NCBI RefSeq assembly: GCF_900148505.1
Contig: NZ_FRXO01000001.1
Coordinates: forward strand, 860,414-892,413
Length of the DNA: 32,000 nt
Direction: 5' to 3'
DNA from: Pseudoxanthobacter soli DSM 19599
GTDB taxonomy: Bacteria; Pseudomonadota; Alphaproteobacteria; Rhizobiales; Segnochrobactraceae
Position numbers and translations under genes: made by a program. The notes under the pieces were generated by a model, which saw only the letters and a list, made by a program, of their open reading frames with translations, was not told the origin of the DNA and ran no database searches. This document shows positions 1 through 10,361 of this stretch, piece after piece; position 1 is the stretch's first letter, and every line of letters starts with the position of its first letter.

Positions 1-314
1 ATCACGACGGGGTTCACCACCATGCCGGATTCGAACTTCTTCACCTGCCGCACCTGCTCGGCCTGATCCTCGGGCTCGAGATTGCGGTGGATGACGCCGA
101 TGCCACCGGCCTGGGCCATCGCGATGGCGAGGCGGGCCTCGGTGACGGTGTCCATGGCCGCCGAGATGATCGGCAGATTGAGTTCCATGTCGCGCGTCAG
201 GTGGGTGCGGATATCGACTTCGGCCGGCATCACCTCGGACGGACCGGGCAACATCAGCACGTCGTCGAAAGTCAGCGCGTCACGTCCGGTCAGGGTTTCG
301 ATGATTTGAGCCAT
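1..314 (-). CDS. guaB: IMP dehydrogenase, N-terminal ~104 codons (gene runs off the window start)
   Basis: Minus-strand translation from ATG (complement of 312-314) reads [104 protein letters not shown], the canonical IMPDH N-terminus. It is missing from the ORF track only because the window edge truncates it. Confidence 0.9.
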   Translation of the reverse strand, partial: MAQIIETLTGRDALTFDDVLMLPGPSEVMPAEVDIRTHLTRDMELNLPIISAAMDTVTEARLAIAMAQAGGIGVIHRNLEPEDQAEQVRQVKKFESGMVVNPVV

Positions 315-659
315 GCGCCATCTCCGAACGAGCAATGAATTGAGAATGCCGTGCCCGGGTCCAGGCCAAAGCCGGACCCGGTGTCGTCCCTGCACCGGCA
401 TCTCCTTGAAGATGGCGCCGGTCTTTAACACGAGGATTGCACGGAAGCAAAAGCGGAGTTGCGCAGCAGGGCACACCAGCGCTTTTTGCAACGCTGGCCA
501 GGCTCGCGGCGTCCAATGACCCGAGGCGCCACATCCTCGCCCGGATTGGCGCGCAGTGCGGATCGCAGCGACGGCGCGAAAAAGCCGGGCAACGAAACCG
601 CGATCCCTCGCGTTCCGATCCCGAAGCCGCCCTCCCGCAGTCCAGACGGCCGCCCGGAC

Positions 660-2084
660 ATGGAATCCACTCCCCCGCCCCGGCTCATCGCCGTGATCGT
701 CGCTTCGGCGCTGTTCATGGAGAACATCGATTCGTCGGTGATCGCCACGTCGCTGCCGGTGATCGCGCGCGACATCGGCGCCGACCCGATCTCGCTGAAG
801 CTCGCCTTCACCGCCTACCTGCTCAGCCTCGCGGTGTTCATTCCCGTGAGCGGCTGGGCGGCGGACCGCTTCGGCGCCCGTACCGTGTTTTCCTGCGCGA
901 TCCTCGTCTTCACCGTCGGCTCGATCGCGTGCGGCCTCTCGTCGAGCCTCGAGGGCTTTGTGGTGGCGCGGATGGTGCAGGGCGCGGGCGGCGCGATGAT
1001 GACGCCGGTCGGCCGGCTCGTCGTGCTGCGCAGCGCGCCGAAACACCAGCTCGTCGACCTGATGGCGTGGCTGACGACGCCCGCATTGATCGGCCCGTTG
1101 ATCGGCCCGCCGCTCGGTGGCTTCATCTCCACCTACTGGCACTGGCGCTGGATCTTCTGGATCAACGTTCCCGTCGGCGTTCTCGGGATCGTGCTCGCGC
1201 TCCTGTTCGTGCCGGTTGTGCGGGCGCAGGAACCGCCGCCATTCGACGCCGCCGGCTTCGTGCTGTCGGGGCTCGGGCTGTCGGGGCTGGTGTTCGGTTT
1301 CGCCGTCGTGGGCCACGGACTGGTGCCGGTCTGGGTGTCGACCGCGCTCCTCGTCGCCGGAGCCCTGTCGATGGCGGGCTATGTCGCCCACTACCGGCGC
1401 GCGGCACGGCCGATCCTCGACCTCGACCTTCTGAAGCTCGCCACCTTCCGCGCCAGCGTGGTCGGCGGCTTCACCTTCCGCGTCGCCATCGGCGCCATTC
1501 CGTTTCTGCTGCCGCTGATGCTGCAGCTCGGGCTCGGCATGACGGCGTTCCAGTCGGGCAGCCTCACGTTCCTGTCGACTGCCGGCGCGCTTGCCATGAA
1601 GTTCACGGTCGCACGGATCGTACGCCGGTTCGGCTTCCGCCGGGTGCTGGTCTATAACGGCTTCCTCAGCGCGCTGTTCGTGTTCGCCATCGGCGGCTTC
1701 GCGTTCGGCCTGCCGACGTGGGTGATGATCCTGGTGCTGCTCACCGGCGGATTCTTCCGCTCGCTCCTGTTCACCAGCCTCAATGTCGTCGCTTATGCCG
1801 ACGTCTCCCACGAAGCGATGAGCAGCGCCACGAGCCTTTCGAGCGTCGCCCAGCAGGTGTCGCTGTCGTGCGGCGTCGCCATCGGCGCGCTGGTGCTGGA
1901 GATCCTGCGGGCCGGCAGCCCGACGCACAGCCTGACGGCCCACGACTTCTTCGTCGGGTTCGCGACCGTCGGCACCTCGGCGCTGATCGCGCCGTTCATC
2001 TTCGCGCGGCTTCCTGCCGATGCCGGTGCCCACATGGCGCGCCGAGCGGACGAGGAGGATGCGCGGCCGCAAGCGGCGCAGTAA
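660..2084 (+). CDS. MFS transporter (DHA2/EmrB-like multi-TMS profile)
   Basis: ORF 459-2084. Hydrophobic multi-helix sequence starts right after [36 protein letters not shown] motif-A-like [11 protein letters not shown] is present. ATG 660 chosen because the upstream 67 codons are Arg/Pro-rich and non-membrane. Confidence 0.8.
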   Translation: MESTPPPRLIAVIVASALFMENIDSSVIATSLPVIARDIGADPISLKLAFTAYLLSLAVFIPVSGWAADRFGARTVFSCAILVFTVGSIACGLSSSLEGFVVARMVQGAGGAMMTPVGRLVVLRSAPKHQLVDLMAWLTTPALIGPLIGPPLGGFISTYWHWRWIFWINVPVGVLGIVLALLFVPVVRAQEPPPFDAAGFVLSGLGLSGLVFGFAVVGHGLVPVWVSTALLVAGALSMAGYVAHYRRAARPILDLDLLKLATFRASVVGGFTFRVAIGAIPFLLPLMLQLGLGMTAFQSGSLTFLSTAGALAMKFTVARIVRRFGFRRVLVYNGFLSALFVFAIGGFAFGLPTWVMILVLLTGGFFRSLLFTSLNVVAYADVSHEAMSSATSLSSVAQQVSLSCGVAIGALVLEILRAGSPTHSLTAHDFFVGFATVGTSALIAPFIFARLPADAGAHMARRADEEDARPQAAQ

Positions 2085-2104
2085 CGACAGGCGGTGACGG
2101 ACGC

Positions 2105-2896
2105 TCAGAAATCGGGACGGACTGCGATGTCCTCGTCATCGCCAAGGACCTCGCCCAAGTCGCCGTCGTCACCGAGCGTTACCGCCCGGCCGCGAAACCC
2201 CTTTGCGAGGACGTAAAGTTCGGCCGAATCCTGCCGGCTGGCGGCCGGCTTGACGTGCATCACCTGGGCGAAATCGCGCTTCAGATCGGCAAGCAGCGTG
2301 TGTTCCGTGCCACCGCGAAACACCTTGGCGAGGAAGGCGCCGCCCGGCGCGAGCACATCGCGCGCGAACTCGATCGCGACCTCGCAGAGATGCATGATAC
2401 GCAGGTGATCGGTCTTCTTGTGGCCGGTCGTCGGCGCGGCCATGTCGGAAAGCACGAGATCGGCCTTGTGACCGCCGAGCGCATCCTGCAGCACCTGCGG
2501 CGCGTCATCGTCGAGGAAATTCTTCTCAAGCACGATCACGCCGGGAAGCTGGTCCATCTCCAGATAGTCGATGGCGACGATGCGCGGGCCGGCATCGCTC
2601 GATCCGGTGCGGGAGACCGCGACCTGCGACCAGCCGCCCGGTGCCGCGCCGAGGTCGACAACCCGCATGCCGGGCTTCAGCAGATGATGCTTCTCGTCGA
2701 TCTCGATCAGCTTGTAGGCCGCGCGCGACCGCAGGCCCTCCGCCTTTGCGCGACGCACATAGGGATCGTTGAGCTGGCGCTCCAGCCAGCGGTTCGAGGA
2801 GTTCGTGCGCCGGCGCGCGGTCTTCACCTTGACCTTCAGCGCGCGTCCGCCGCCCGTTCCACCGCCGGAAACGCCCTTGCCCTTGCCGCCGCTCAT
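2105..2896 (-). CDS. rlmE: 23S rRNA (uridine-2'-O)-methyltransferase RlmE/FtsJ
   Basis: Within ORF 2105-3160, from MSGGKGKG: [61 protein letters not shown]. This has the SAM-binding DLGAAPGGW motif typical of FtsJ/RlmE. The ATG (complement of 2894-2896) overlaps the ppx stop as ATGA. Confidence 0.9.
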   Translation of the reverse strand: MSGGKGKGVSGGGTGGGRALKVKVKTARRRTNSSNRWLERQLNDPYVRRAKAEGLRSRAAYKLIEIDEKHHLLKPGMRVVDLGAAPGGWSQVAVSRTGSSDAGPRIVAIDYLEMDQLPGVIVLEKNFLDDDAPQVLQDALGGHKADLVLSDMAAPTTGHKKTDHLRIMHLCEVAIEFARDVLAPGGAFLAKVFRGGTEHTLLADLKRDFAQVMHVKPAASRQDSAELYVLAKGFRGRAVTLGDDGDLGEVLGDDEDIAVRPDF

Positions 2897-4188
2897 GACC
2901 GCCCTGCCCCGCTCATGCCGCCCTGTCCGTGGCCGCGATCGGCCGAGATCAACTCCGTCAGGATACCCTCCCGAAGGCCGCGGTCGGCGACGCGCAACCG
3001 GCGGCACGGCCAGCGGCGGCGGATCGCCTCCAGGATCGCGCACCCGGCGATCACGAGGTCGGCCCGGTCGCGGCCGATGCAAGGGCTTGCGACGCGCTCG
3101 TCGTAATCCATCGCGCGCACGCGGTCGATCATGCCTTCGACCTCGGCGGCGTCGAGCCACGTGCCGTCGACCCGGCGGCGGTCGTAGCGGGCGAGACCCA
3201 GATAGACGCCGGCGAGCGTGGTGACGGTGCCGGAGGTGCCGAGGAAGTGCACCCTTCCGGACGCCACCGCCGCATCGAGCTCGTGGCCGGGATCGAAGGC
3301 CGCGAGCAGACCGGACACCTCGTCCACCATCCGCTCGAACGTGTCCGGTGTGACGGCGACGCCCCCGTGCCGGTCCGCGAGCCCGACTACGCCCACCGGG
3401 AGCGAGGTCCAGGCACGAATCGCCCGCGCCACCGCCACCGGTCCGTTCTTGCGGCGCAGGTCGAGCCAGACGAGTTCCGAAGAGCCGCCGCCGATATCGA
3501 ACAGGATGGCGCCGTCGCCCTCGCGGTCCACCAGCGATGCGCAGCCAACGACGGCGAGCCGGGCCTCCGTCTCGCGCGATACCACTTCGAGTTCGAGATC
3601 GGCCTCCTGCCGGACCCGCTGGAGGAACAGGTCACCGTTCGAAGCCGCGCGGCAGGCCTCGGTCGCGATCAGCCGGAAGCGGTCGACATGGCGGTCGGTC
3701 AGCTTGCGGCGGCACACCTTGAGCGCGTCGATCGCCCGGTCCATCGCCGCATCCGCCAGGACGCCGGACAGCGAGACGCCCTCGCCGAGCCTGACGATGC
3801 GCGAGAAGGCGTCGATGACACGGAAATTTCGGCCCCGCGCCTCGGCGATCAAAAGCCGGCAGTTGTTGGTGCCGAGATCGAGCGCCGCATAGCGGCGCTG
3901 GCCGTATTCGCCGGACCCTGGGTGGGGATGCTCGGCGTGGCGATGGCCGTGAGCCGCTATATCGCCGGCGGTTGGTGGCGCCGCGGCGCCTGCCGGCGCG
4001 AATGCGTCACCGGTCCATGGGCGCGGCCCGGACGGAAGGCGCCCATCATCGTCGACGCCCGCTGAGGAGGCATCGTCCGAATCGGTCGCCGCGAACGGCT
4101 CGCGGGGCGGCGGACTGCTGCCGCCGCTCCACGAACCCGCTGTTCCCGCCGGGCCTTCCGCCGGCTGGTCGAATACGGGTATTCCCAC
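2893..4188 (-). CDS. ppx: Ppx/GppA family exopolyphosphatase
   Basis: ORF 2893-4188. [40 protein letters not shown] and [10 protein letters not shown] are the ASKHA phosphate-binding motifs of Ppx/GppA. A ~100-aa low-complexity N-terminal extension makes the GTG start at 4188 uncertain. Confidence 0.8.
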   Translation of the reverse strand: MGIPVFDQPAEGPAGTAGSWSGGSSPPPREPFAATDSDDASSAGVDDDGRLPSGPRPWTGDAFAPAGAAAPPTAGDIAAHGHRHAEHPHPGSGEYGQRRYAALDLGTNNCRLLIAEARGRNFRVIDAFSRIVRLGEGVSLSGVLADAAMDRAIDALKVCRRKLTDRHVDRFRLIATEACRAASNGDLFLQRVRQEADLELEVVSRETEARLAVVGCASLVDREGDGAILFDIGGGSSELVWLDLRRKNGPVAVARAIRAWTSLPVGVVGLADRHGGVAVTPDTFERMVDEVSGLLAAFDPGHELDAAVASGRVHFLGTSGTVTTLAGVYLGLARYDRRRVDGTWLDAAEVEGMIDRVRAMDYDERVASPCIGRDRADLVIAGCAILEAIRRRWPCRRLRVADRGLREGILTELISADRGHGQGGMSGAGRS

Positions 4189-4344
4189 ACGTCCTCATCG
4201 GGCCGGCCGCGGCTGGAGCGGCGCCGGCCTCGCAAATTCGCTCTCGTTGCCGTCAGTCTAGCAGCACTGCGCGCCGGCTCAAGCCGCACATGCCATGGCG
4301 AGCCGTGGCGATGGGGAGCGGCGGTCATGTCCAGAACGCAGAAC

Positions 4345-4367
4345 GGGGCGGCCCGAAGGACCGCCCC
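4345..4367 (-). terminator. Probable intrinsic terminator of rplM-rpsI
   Basis: On the minus strand, GGGGCGGUCC-UUCG-GGCCGCCCC lies ~45 nt after the rpsI stop and is followed by GUUCUGCGUUCUGG (U-containing but not a clean U-run). Confidence 0.55.
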
Positions 4368-4412
4368 GCTGAATTTGGTATCTGACCGACGCGGCCACAA
4401 GGCCGCGAAAAA

Positions 4413-4883
4413 TCAGCGCTTCGAGAACTGGAAGCTGCGGCGGGCCTTGGCGCGGCCGTACTTCTTGCGCTCGACGGTACGCGAATCGCGGGTCAGGAAG
4501 CCTTCCTTCTTGAGCACGGCGCGAAGCTCCGGCTCGTAGTAGGTCAGCGCCTTGGAGATGCCGTGACGCAGCGCGCCCGCCTGGCCGGACAGACCGCCGC
4601 CGGAAACGGTGGCGTTCACATCGTACTGGCCTTCGCGGTTGGCGATGCCGATCGCCTGACGGATCACCATCTGCAGGACCGGCCGCGCGAAATAGGCGGT
4701 GTAGTCCTTGTCGTTGACGATGATCTTGCCGGTGCCGCGGGAAATCCACACGCGGGCAACGGCGTCCTTGCGCTTGCCGGTCGCATAGGCGCGGCCATAG
4801 GCGTCGAGCTTCTGGACGTGAACCGGAGCTTCTTCAGCGGCAGAGGTGCCGAGAGCGCCGAGCTGGGACTGGATGTCTGCCAT
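4413..4883 (-). CDS. rpsI: 30S ribosomal protein S9
   Basis: 156 aa ending [60 protein letters not shown], the S9 signature C-terminus. It lies directly downstream of rplM. Confidence 0.97.
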   Translation of the reverse strand: MADIQSQLGALGTSAAEEAPVHVQKLDAYGRAYATGKRKDAVARVWISRGTGKIIVNDKDYTAYFARPVLQMVIRQAIGIANREGQYDVNATVSGGGLSGQAGALRHGISKALTYYEPELRAVLKKEGFLTRDSRTVERKKYGRAKARRSFQFSKR

Positions 4884-4885
4884 GG

Positions 4886-5350
4886 TCAGCCCACCTTGAC
4901 GTTCTTGGGGTTGAGGGCGGCGACGTCGAGGGTCGACGGCTGCTGCGCCTCATGGGGATGCGAGGAACCGGCATAGACGCGCAGGCCGCGCAGCTGCTGA
5001 CGGGTCAGCGGACCGCCCGGCATCATGCGCTTCACGGCGAGCTCGACAACGCGCTCAGGGAAACGGCCTTCGAGGATGGAGCGCGCGGTGCGCTCCTTGA
5101 TGCCGCCAATGAAACCGGTGTGATGATAGTACTTCTTGTCGTAGTACTTCTGGCCGGTCAGAACCACCTTGTCCGCGTTGATAACGATCACGTTATCACC
5201 GCAGTCGACGTGGGGCGTGAAGGTCGGCTTGTGCTTGCCGCGCAGGCGCATGGCAATAATGGAAGCAAGCCGGCCCACGACGAGCCCTTCGGCGTCGATC
5301 AGGATCCAGTTCTTCTCGACCTCTTCGGGCTTCGCCGTGTAGGTCTTCAT
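4886..5350 (-). CDS. rplM: 50S ribosomal protein L13
   Basis: Within ORF 4886-5407: [62 protein letters not shown] is classic L13. Start is the ATG complementary to 5348-5350. Confidence 0.95.
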   Translation of the reverse strand: MKTYTAKPEEVEKNWILIDAEGLVVGRLASIIAMRLRGKHKPTFTPHVDCGDNVIVINADKVVLTGQKYYDKKYYHHTGFIGGIKERTARSILEGRFPERVVELAVKRMMPGGPLTRQQLRGLRVYAGSSHPHEAQQPSTLDVAALNPKNVKVG

Positions 5351-5784
5351 CGTTTCGTTCGCTTTTCCGTTGGGCAGCCGCACCCGAGAGCACGACCGCT
5401 TCCTCAACTCGCGAAGGTCTTTCGCGGGGATCGTGTCCGCCGAACGCCGCAGCGCCGCAGATTGGCGCTTCCTCTAACCGCACTCGTCCGCCACGTCAAG
5501 AGCACCCCGCGCAAGCTTAGAGCAATTTTGTCAGCAAAAACAAGGTTTTACAAATGAGGTATCATAATACCGCTACGCAATGCGTTGATTTCGACCAAAA
5601 AAGCGTCGCGGCCCGCCGAAATTCGCTCGCCAGCCCCTTCCCCCCGCCCCATCCGGGCGCTTCCGGCCATAGCGCCATCGCCGGATCATCGGCGCGATAA
5701 ATTGGCGTTCTTCCCGATCTCGCCCTCTCTTCGCTGCGATTGGTCGCCCATCTATAAGGACGCCATCCGTCATCGAGGCTTGCC

Positions 5785-6450
5785 ATGGTTCGCGTTCTCG
5801 TCCGCTCTCTCGCTTTCGTGCTGATCCTCGGTGCGCCGGCCTTCGCCGCGATCGCCGGGAGCGGCAGTGCGCTGGCACAGACGGATCCGGGAGACGCCGG
5901 CGCGGCGCAGGCGAATACGGCCGGTTCCGACGCGCCACCGGCGCCCGAGCTGCTGGCACCTACCCCCGACAACCAGGTTCCGCTGACGCCCGCCCTGGTG
6001 CAGCGCTTCCTCGACAGCTGGCCGGAGCTCTCGACCCTTGGCGACCAGTTCGCGGACCAGTACGGCGTCGACGAGGATGCCACCGATCCCGCCAGCGCCT
6101 TCCAGGTCTGGGCCGAGCGGCCGGAAGCCAAGACCAAGATCGATGCGGTGTTGACGAAGCACGGCTTCAGCGGGCTCGACGAATGGGCGAAGGTCGCCAA
6201 CAGCGTGCTGCTTGCCTACGACTACGATGAAAGCCTGACCGATCCCGCCCAGATCGCCGATGCCGTGCGCGAGATCGAGGCGACGCCGGGCATGAGCCGG
6301 CAGGAAAAGGACAGCCTGATCGCCCAGGTCCACAAGCAGGCCGAGGATGCCGCGGCCGGCAAGCCGCTCGACGGCAACCGGGCCGTGATCGAGCCCTTCA
6401 TGGACCGCATCGGCGCAGTCATAAACGCCGACCAGGGCGAGGCGGACTGA
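5785..6450 (+). CDS. Secreted acidic hypothetical protein
   Basis: 221-aa ORF with signal peptide MVRVLVRSLAFVLILGAPAFAAIAGSGSALAQ. GC3-rich codon usage matches its neighbours. I recognise no family. Confidence 0.65.
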   Translation: MVRVLVRSLAFVLILGAPAFAAIAGSGSALAQTDPGDAGAAQANTAGSDAPPAPELLAPTPDNQVPLTPALVQRFLDSWPELSTLGDQFADQYGVDEDATDPASAFQVWAERPEAKTKIDAVLTKHGFSGLDEWAKVANSVLLAYDYDESLTDPAQIADAVREIEATPGMSRQEKDSLIAQVHKQAEDAAAGKPLDGNRAVIEPFMDRIGAVINADQGEAD

Positions 6451-6494
6451 GCGCCGCAGCCGGCCTTGCACCGCCACCGGAGCAGAAAGGACGC

Positions 6495-6935
6495 ATGATG
6501 AGCCACGACCCGAACGCCGCCGATTTCATCGCCACCGTGCTTGCGGAGGGCCGCGTCGTCGCCGTCGTCGGCGCAAGCCCCAATCCGGAGCGCCCGTCCT
6601 ACAACGTCATGGCGACGCTGATGGCGCACGGGCACCGCGTCATCCCGATCAATCCCGGGCAGGCCGGCAAGACCATCCACGGCCAGACCGTCTACGCGCG
6701 GCTCGCCGACATTCCCGAGCCGGTCGACATGATCGACATCTTCCGTGCCTCCGACGCCGTCGCCGGCATCGTGGAGGAAGCGCTCGCCCTCGATCCGAAG
6801 CCGAAATCGATCTGGATGCAGCTCGGCGTGATCGACGAGGCCGCCGCCGAACGCGCGCGGGCGGCTGGGCTCGACGTGGTGGTGGATCGCTGCCCGGCCA
6901 TCGAATATGCCCGCCTCGGCCGCAGCCGGCACTGA
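6495..6935 (+). CDS. CoA-binding domain protein (YccU-like)
   Basis: VVAVVGASPNPERPSYNVMATLMAHGHRVIPINP...VDMIDIFR...IWMQLG is the single-domain CoA-binding (Rossmann) pattern. Confidence 0.85.
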   Translation: MMSHDPNAADFIATVLAEGRVVAVVGASPNPERPSYNVMATLMAHGHRVIPINPGQAGKTIHGQTVYARLADIPEPVDMIDIFRASDAVAGIVEEALALDPKPKSIWMQLGVIDEAAAERARAAGLDVVVDRCPAIEYARLGRSRH

Positions 6936-7023
6936 CGGTGCGGCCGCAAAGCGCCTGGCGGCATAAGCGGCAACGTCATTCCTCTATAGGCGGCACTTTC
7001 GGAACGGTATACTCCGTCTTGCC

Positions 7024-7047
7024 AGCCGGCATCCCCTGCCGGCTTTG
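7024..7047 (+). terminator. Weak hairpin/terminator candidate after the CoA-binding gene
   Basis: AGCCGGCA-tcccc-TGCCGGCT (8 bp perfect) followed by only TT(G), ~90 nt after the 6935 stop. It lies inside the metY leader, so it could instead belong to a leader structure. Confidence 0.3.
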
Positions 7048-7114
7048 ACGGCGGCCCCTCCGATCGACGACCATCGGGGTGGCTGAAACAACTGCCTACC
7101 CAAGGATCAGAAGA

Positions 7115-8404
7115 ATGACGGCAGAACACGTCCCGGGCTTCGCGACCCTCGCCATCCACGCCGGCGCCGAGCCGGATCCGACCACGAAGGCGCGGGCGAC
7201 GCCGATCTATCAGACGACCTCGTTCGTGTTCGACGACGTCGACCACGCGGCGTCGCTGTTCGGCCTCCAGGCGTTCGGCAACATCTATACGCGCATCGGA
7301 AACCCCACCAATGCGGTGCTCGAGGGGCGCATCGCGGCACTCGAAGGCGGCACCGCCGCGCTCGCCGTGGCCTCCGGCCATGCGGCCCAGGCACTGGTGT
7401 TCCATGCGCTGCTCCAGCCGGGCGACGAATTCATCGCGGCCCGCCAGCTCTACGGCGGCTCGATCAACCAGTTCAACCACGCCTTCAAGAGCTTCGGCTG
7501 GAACGTGGTGTGGGCCGATGCGGCCGATCCCGGCTCGTTCGAGCGCGCGGTGACGGCGAAGACCAAGGCGATCTTCATCGAATCGTTCGCCAATCCCGGC
7601 GGAAGCGTCACGGACATCGCAGCCATCGCCGCCGTCGCGAAGAAGGCCGGTGTGCCGCTCATCGTCGACAACACGCTGGCGACGCCCTATCTGGTCCGCC
7701 CGTTCGAGCATGGTGCCGATATCGTCGTCCATTCGGCGACGAAGTTCCTCGGCGGCCACGGCAACTCCATCGGCGGCCTGATCGTCGACGGCGGCACGTT
7801 CGACTGGAGCGCCCACAAGGAGCGCTTCCCGGTGCTGACGGCGCCGCGCCCGGAATATCAGGGCATCGTGCTGCACGAGACCTTCGGCAACTTCGCCTTC
7901 GCCATCGCCGTGCGTGTGCTCGGCCTGCGCGACCTCGGTCCCGCGCTGTCGCCGTTCAACGCGTTCCTGATCATCACCGGCATCGAGACGCTGCCGCTGC
8001 GCATGCAGCGCCACAGCGAGAATGCCCTCGCCGTGGCCGAATATCTCGCCGGGCACGACAAGGTGTCGTGGGTGAGCTATGCCGGCCTGCCCGGCGACGC
8101 GTCCCATGAGCGGGCGCAGAAATATGCGCCGAAGGGCGCGGGCGCGGTGTTCACCTTCGGCCTCAAGGGCGGCTACGACGCGGGCGTCGCGCTCGTCTCG
8201 AAGGTGAAGCTGTTCTCCCACCTTGCGAACGTCGGCGACACCCGCTCGCTGATCATTCATCCGGCCTCGACCACCCACCGCCAGCTCAGCGACACCCAGA
8301 AGAGCTCGGCCGGCGCCGGCCCCGAGGTGGTGCGCCTCTCGGTCGGCATCGAGGAGAAGGCCGACATCATTGCTGACCTGGAGCAGGCGCTGGCACAGGT
8401 TTGA
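7115..8404 (+). CDS. metY: O-acetylhomoserine sulfhydrylase (aminocarboxypropyltransferase), PLP-dependent
   Basis: PGFATLAIHAGAEPDPTTKARATPIYQTTSFVFDDVDHAASLFGLQAFGNIYTRIGNPTNAVLEGRIAALEGG and HSATKFLGGHG (PLP-lysine motif). The ~430-aa length fits MetY rather than MetZ/MetB. ATG 7115 is preferred over GTG 7079. Confidence 0.88.
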   Translation: MTAEHVPGFATLAIHAGAEPDPTTKARATPIYQTTSFVFDDVDHAASLFGLQAFGNIYTRIGNPTNAVLEGRIAALEGGTAALAVASGHAAQALVFHALLQPGDEFIAARQLYGGSINQFNHAFKSFGWNVVWADAADPGSFERAVTAKTKAIFIESFANPGGSVTDIAAIAAVAKKAGVPLIVDNTLATPYLVRPFEHGADIVVHSATKFLGGHGNSIGGLIVDGGTFDWSAHKERFPVLTAPRPEYQGIVLHETFGNFAFAIAVRVLGLRDLGPALSPFNAFLIITGIETLPLRMQRHSENALAVAEYLAGHDKVSWVSYAGLPGDASHERAQKYAPKGAGAVFTFGLKGGYDAGVALVSKVKLFSHLANVGDTRSLIIHPASTTHRQLSDTQKSSAGAGPEVVRLSVGIEEKADIIADLEQALAQV

Positions 8405-8933
8405 TCGGCTTGGACTTCGGGGCGGCGGCCGGGGACTTCCCGGCCGTCGCCGTATTCGTCGACTTGGCAGTGGCCGGCACCTTCGCCTGTGGCTTTGCCG
8501 CTCCGCCCGTGGGCGGTGTCTTCACCTTCACACCGGGCAGGCCGGGCGCGCCGGAATAGGAATAGGGATCGCTTCCCTTCGACGGCATCCCGTTGCCCGG
8601 CCGGACGACGAGGCTGTCGCCGTCGGACCAACTCGGCAGCGCAACGGCGTTCCCCGGCATTCCCTGTGGGTTCCAGGGCGTCGCCGGCTGCTGCCAGGGC
8701 TGCGATTTCGGCTTCGCGTGGTTGCTGTTGGAAGACGGGTCTGCGCCGCCCGGATTGGTCTTGAAGTAACTCGATCCCGACGCGTTGTTATCGACCGTAT
8801 AGATGTTGCCGAACGCATCCTTGCAGACGAGCCTCATGCCGGACTGCGTGCAGTCGGCCGCCATTGCACCCGTCAGACTTGTAAAGACTCCGACTGCAGA
8901 TATCAGAACGCAAGAATAAGAAAGAAACCGCAT
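8367..8933 (-). CDS. Secreted Pro/Lys/Ala-rich hypothetical protein
   Basis: Within ORF 8367-9125. Signal peptide MRFLSYSCVLISAVGVFTSLTGAMA, then a Cys pair (ADCTQSGMRLVCKD) and a P/K/A-rich tail. In-frame codons are GC3-rich. The last 38 nt overlap the metY 3' end convergently. Confidence 0.6.
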   Translation of the reverse strand: MRFLSYSCVLISAVGVFTSLTGAMAADCTQSGMRLVCKDAFGNIYTVDNNASGSSYFKTNPGGADPSSNSNHAKPKSQPWQQPATPWNPQGMPGNAVALPSWSDGDSLVVRPGNGMPSKGSDPYSYSGAPGLPGVKVKTPPTGGAAKPQAKVPATAKSTNTATAGKSPAAAPKSKPIKPVPAPAPGQQ

Positions 8934-9090
8934 CGAGAACAGCCATCCTTCTGCCGCATCGTCACTGGGCGTAGGAATAGCACGGCCGGGGCAAAGAACG
9001 AAAACACGGTCCGGATAGCCACCGTAACTCGACGGGTGAACGGATCTAGTCGTGTTGTCTGCCCGACGGCGATCGGAGATGCCGGTGGAA

Positions 9091-10179
9091 TCAGGTGGCG
9101 GAAACAGGAACCGTGTGCCGGGCATGGGCCACGGCGATGGTCAGCACCACCACGGCACCGAACTGATGCGCCAGGCCGAGGGACAACGGCACCATGTGCA
9201 CGAGCGCCAGCACGCCGAGGGTCGCCTGAGCGGTCACCGCCGCGAACAGCCCCCACGCTCCCGTCGCAGCCGCGGTGCCGCGCGACCGGACCGCATGGAC
9301 CAGTGCCAGCAGGAACACGCCATAGGCGACCATGCGATGGTCGAACTGGACCGTGAGCGGGTTCTCGAACAGGTTGACCCACCAGGGCTGCTGAACGAAC
9401 AGGTTTCCCGGCACAAGTGTCCCGTCGATCAGGGGCCAGGTGTTGAAGGTCCAGCCGGCGCGTAGCCCGGCGACGAGACCGCCGAGGAAGATCTGCACCA
9501 GGACCGCCGCCACGATCACGAGGGCCATCGTCGGAACGCGCGACGGCAGGGCCGCCGACCGCCGGCGCGGCGGCGCCAGCCCCTCCGCGACCCAGACGAC
9601 GGCGGCAAGCAGCAGGCAGGCGAGCGTCAGATGGATGGCCAGTCGGTACTGACTGACCTCGGTGCGCTCCACGAGCCCGGAGGCGACCATCCACCATCCG
9701 ACCACGCCCTGGAGACCGCCGAGCGCGAACAGCCCGGCAAGCGGCCAGCGCAGCCGTCGCGGCAGACAGCCCCGCCACCAGAAGAACACGAGCGGCACCG
9801 CGAACACGAGCCCGATCACGCGGCCGAGCAGGCGATGGCTCCACTCCCACCAGAAGATGAACTTGAACCCTGAAAGGTCCATGTCCGGGTTCATCAGCTT
9901 GAACTGGGGGATCTGCTGATATTTCAGGAACTCTTCCTGCCACTCGGCATCCGTCAGCGGCGGGATGGTGCCGTGGATCGGCTTCCACTCCGTGATCGAC
10001 AGACCCGACTCGGTCAGGCGCGTCGCGCCGCCGACGACCACCATGGCGATGATCATCGCCGCGACGACGAGGAGCCAGATCCGGACGGCGGCGAGGCCGC
10101 GGCCGGGTGCATGGCGCACGTCGCCTTCCCGCGGAAGGGCGCCCGGCGCCGAGGAGGCGGATGTCAGTGAGCGTTCCAT
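9091..10179 (-). CDS. ctaA: Heme A synthase (COX15/CtaA)
   Basis: [74 protein letters not shown] is the conserved COX15/CtaA N-terminal region. The protein has multiple TM helices. Confidence 0.92.
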   Translation of the reverse strand: MERSLTSASSAPGALPREGDVRHAPGRGLAAVRIWLLVVAAMIIAMVVVGGATRLTESGLSITEWKPIHGTIPPLTDAEWQEEFLKYQQIPQFKLMNPDMDLSGFKFIFWWEWSHRLLGRVIGLVFAVPLVFFWWRGCLPRRLRWPLAGLFALGGLQGVVGWWMVASGLVERTEVSQYRLAIHLTLACLLLAAVVWVAEGLAPPRRRSAALPSRVPTMALVIVAAVLVQIFLGGLVAGLRAGWTFNTWPLIDGTLVPGNLFVQQPWWVNLFENPLTVQFDHRMVAYGVFLLALVHAVRSRGTAAATGAWGLFAAVTAQATLGVLALVHMVPLSLGLAHQFGAVVVLTIAVAHARHTVPVSAT

Positions 10180-10361
10180 GGAACGTGATCTTATAAGGCT
10201 TCGAACGTCGGACCGCGCGTCTCTTTGCGCTGGCGCGACACCCGGTCGCGAACCATGATGCGCGCAAGGGCCAGCCCGCCTGGAGCGGGACCCGGAACCG
10301 GCGGGGTTCGCGTCAGGCCGGACCGGAAGCCCGCCCGACGAGGCGGCCCAGTGGAGGAAAC

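Noticed and set aside
341-405. Imperfect hairpin (CCGGGTCC 354-361 / GGACCCGG 373-380, extendable) in the guaB-MFS divergent region as a riboswitch or terminator
   Set aside because: It lies in a divergent promoter region, so there is nothing upstream to terminate. It has no resemblance to purine or other riboswitch cores I know, and too little evidence to call anything beyond a hairpin.
459-659. N-terminal extensions offered by the ORF track: MFS 459-659, rlmE 2897-3160, rplM 5351-5407, DJ-1 13313-13609, aminotransferase 14580-14750, M48 14386-14748, aroQ 17277-17408, katA 22107-22805, GGDEF 24139-24450, sufC 30914-30955
   Set aside because: The upstream parts are Arg/Pro-rich and non-homologous, and they overlap neighbouring genes or divergent promoters. 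In each case a conserved family N-terminus begins at an internal ATG, usually with a purine-rich RBS.
6692-8278. Very long antisense ORFs opposite well-recognised genes: 6692-8278(-), 13035-15740(+), 16109-17473(-), 18194-19705(-), 22719-24311(-), 27474-28973(+), 28685-30514(+), 20686-21999(+), 8903-10267(-), 12366-13388(-)
   Set aside because: Their translations are Arg/Ala/Gly/Pro/His-rich low-complexity strings with no motifs. Each lies exactly opposite a gene with an unmistakable family signature (metY, aminotransferase/M48, dsbA, accC, katA, sufS, sufD and others). High-GC DNA with GC3-biased codons is stop-poor on the antisense frames, so these are shadow ORFs.
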